A stretch of DNA of 63,110 nt, the filler included, from Octopus bimaculoides (Eukaryota), in the NCBI RefSeq assembly GCF_001194135.2. It is 6 parts of 6 records of this genome, joined end to end, with 100 filler letters (N's around TTAATTAATTAA, not from the genome) between each part and the next. Parts side by side here need not be neighbours in the genome. Positions count along the whole stretch, not along the records: positions 60,989 to 63,110 come from NC_068985.1; 5 more parts are not named here. One strand, given 5' to 3'. Both the position numbers and the translations under genes were made by a program. Positions 62,937 through 63,110 of this stretch are shown one piece after another (within the stretch, counting starts at the first letter, position 1; each line of letters starts with the position of its first letter). The notes beneath the pieces were generated by a model. It was given only the letters and a program-made list of their open reading frames with translations. It was not told where the DNA came from and made no database searches.

Positions 62937-63110
62937 ATTTTTAAAAAATAGATATCCAGTGAGAGGAGTTATCTATCATTTTCCAGAAGAAGGAAGGAAG
63001 ATGCTACTTTAAATATAATTATCTCTCAGGATAAATGGTGCTTGAGGCTCGAGTTTCACTTATATTTCTCAAGTGTTACTCACTGAAGTGAAGGTTGAAA
63101 TAATGTAAGA

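Overview
AT-rich, microsatellite-dense eukaryotic non-coding DNA with many assembly gaps. The repeat families point to an octopod cephalopod; this is inferred from SINE and microsatellite content, not proven. No protein-coding gene can be supported, and almost all ORFs in the track are translations of simple repeats or transposon debris. The window is a mosaic of several tRNA-derived SINE families, a repeat family with a (GAT)n tail, four Tc1/mariner remnants, TTAA-flanked MITEs, a Helentron-type HINE and three Penelope-like (PLE) protein remnants. Best signal: a ~280-400 bp element with a tRNA head, a (TAA)n spacer and a tail carrying a minimal type I hammerhead ribozyme (HHR), found at 4 loci (5 HHR motifs). 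The same HHR tail is the direct continuation of a Penelope GIY-YIG reading frame at 40.6-41.2 kb (a sixth motif), and one SINE copy sits tail-to-tail against it. This suggests a Pol III, ribozyme-bearing SINE mobilised by a Penelope-like element. Two further unrelated HHR-like families are at 4.8 kb and 21.7/25.8 kb. Second signal: a 28S rRNA fragment fused to a full SINE within one target-site duplication, ending near the protostome hidden-break region. Also noted: a SINE trimer inside one TSD, and a 30-bp hairpin whose only mismatch is an A-C pair in a UAG context.
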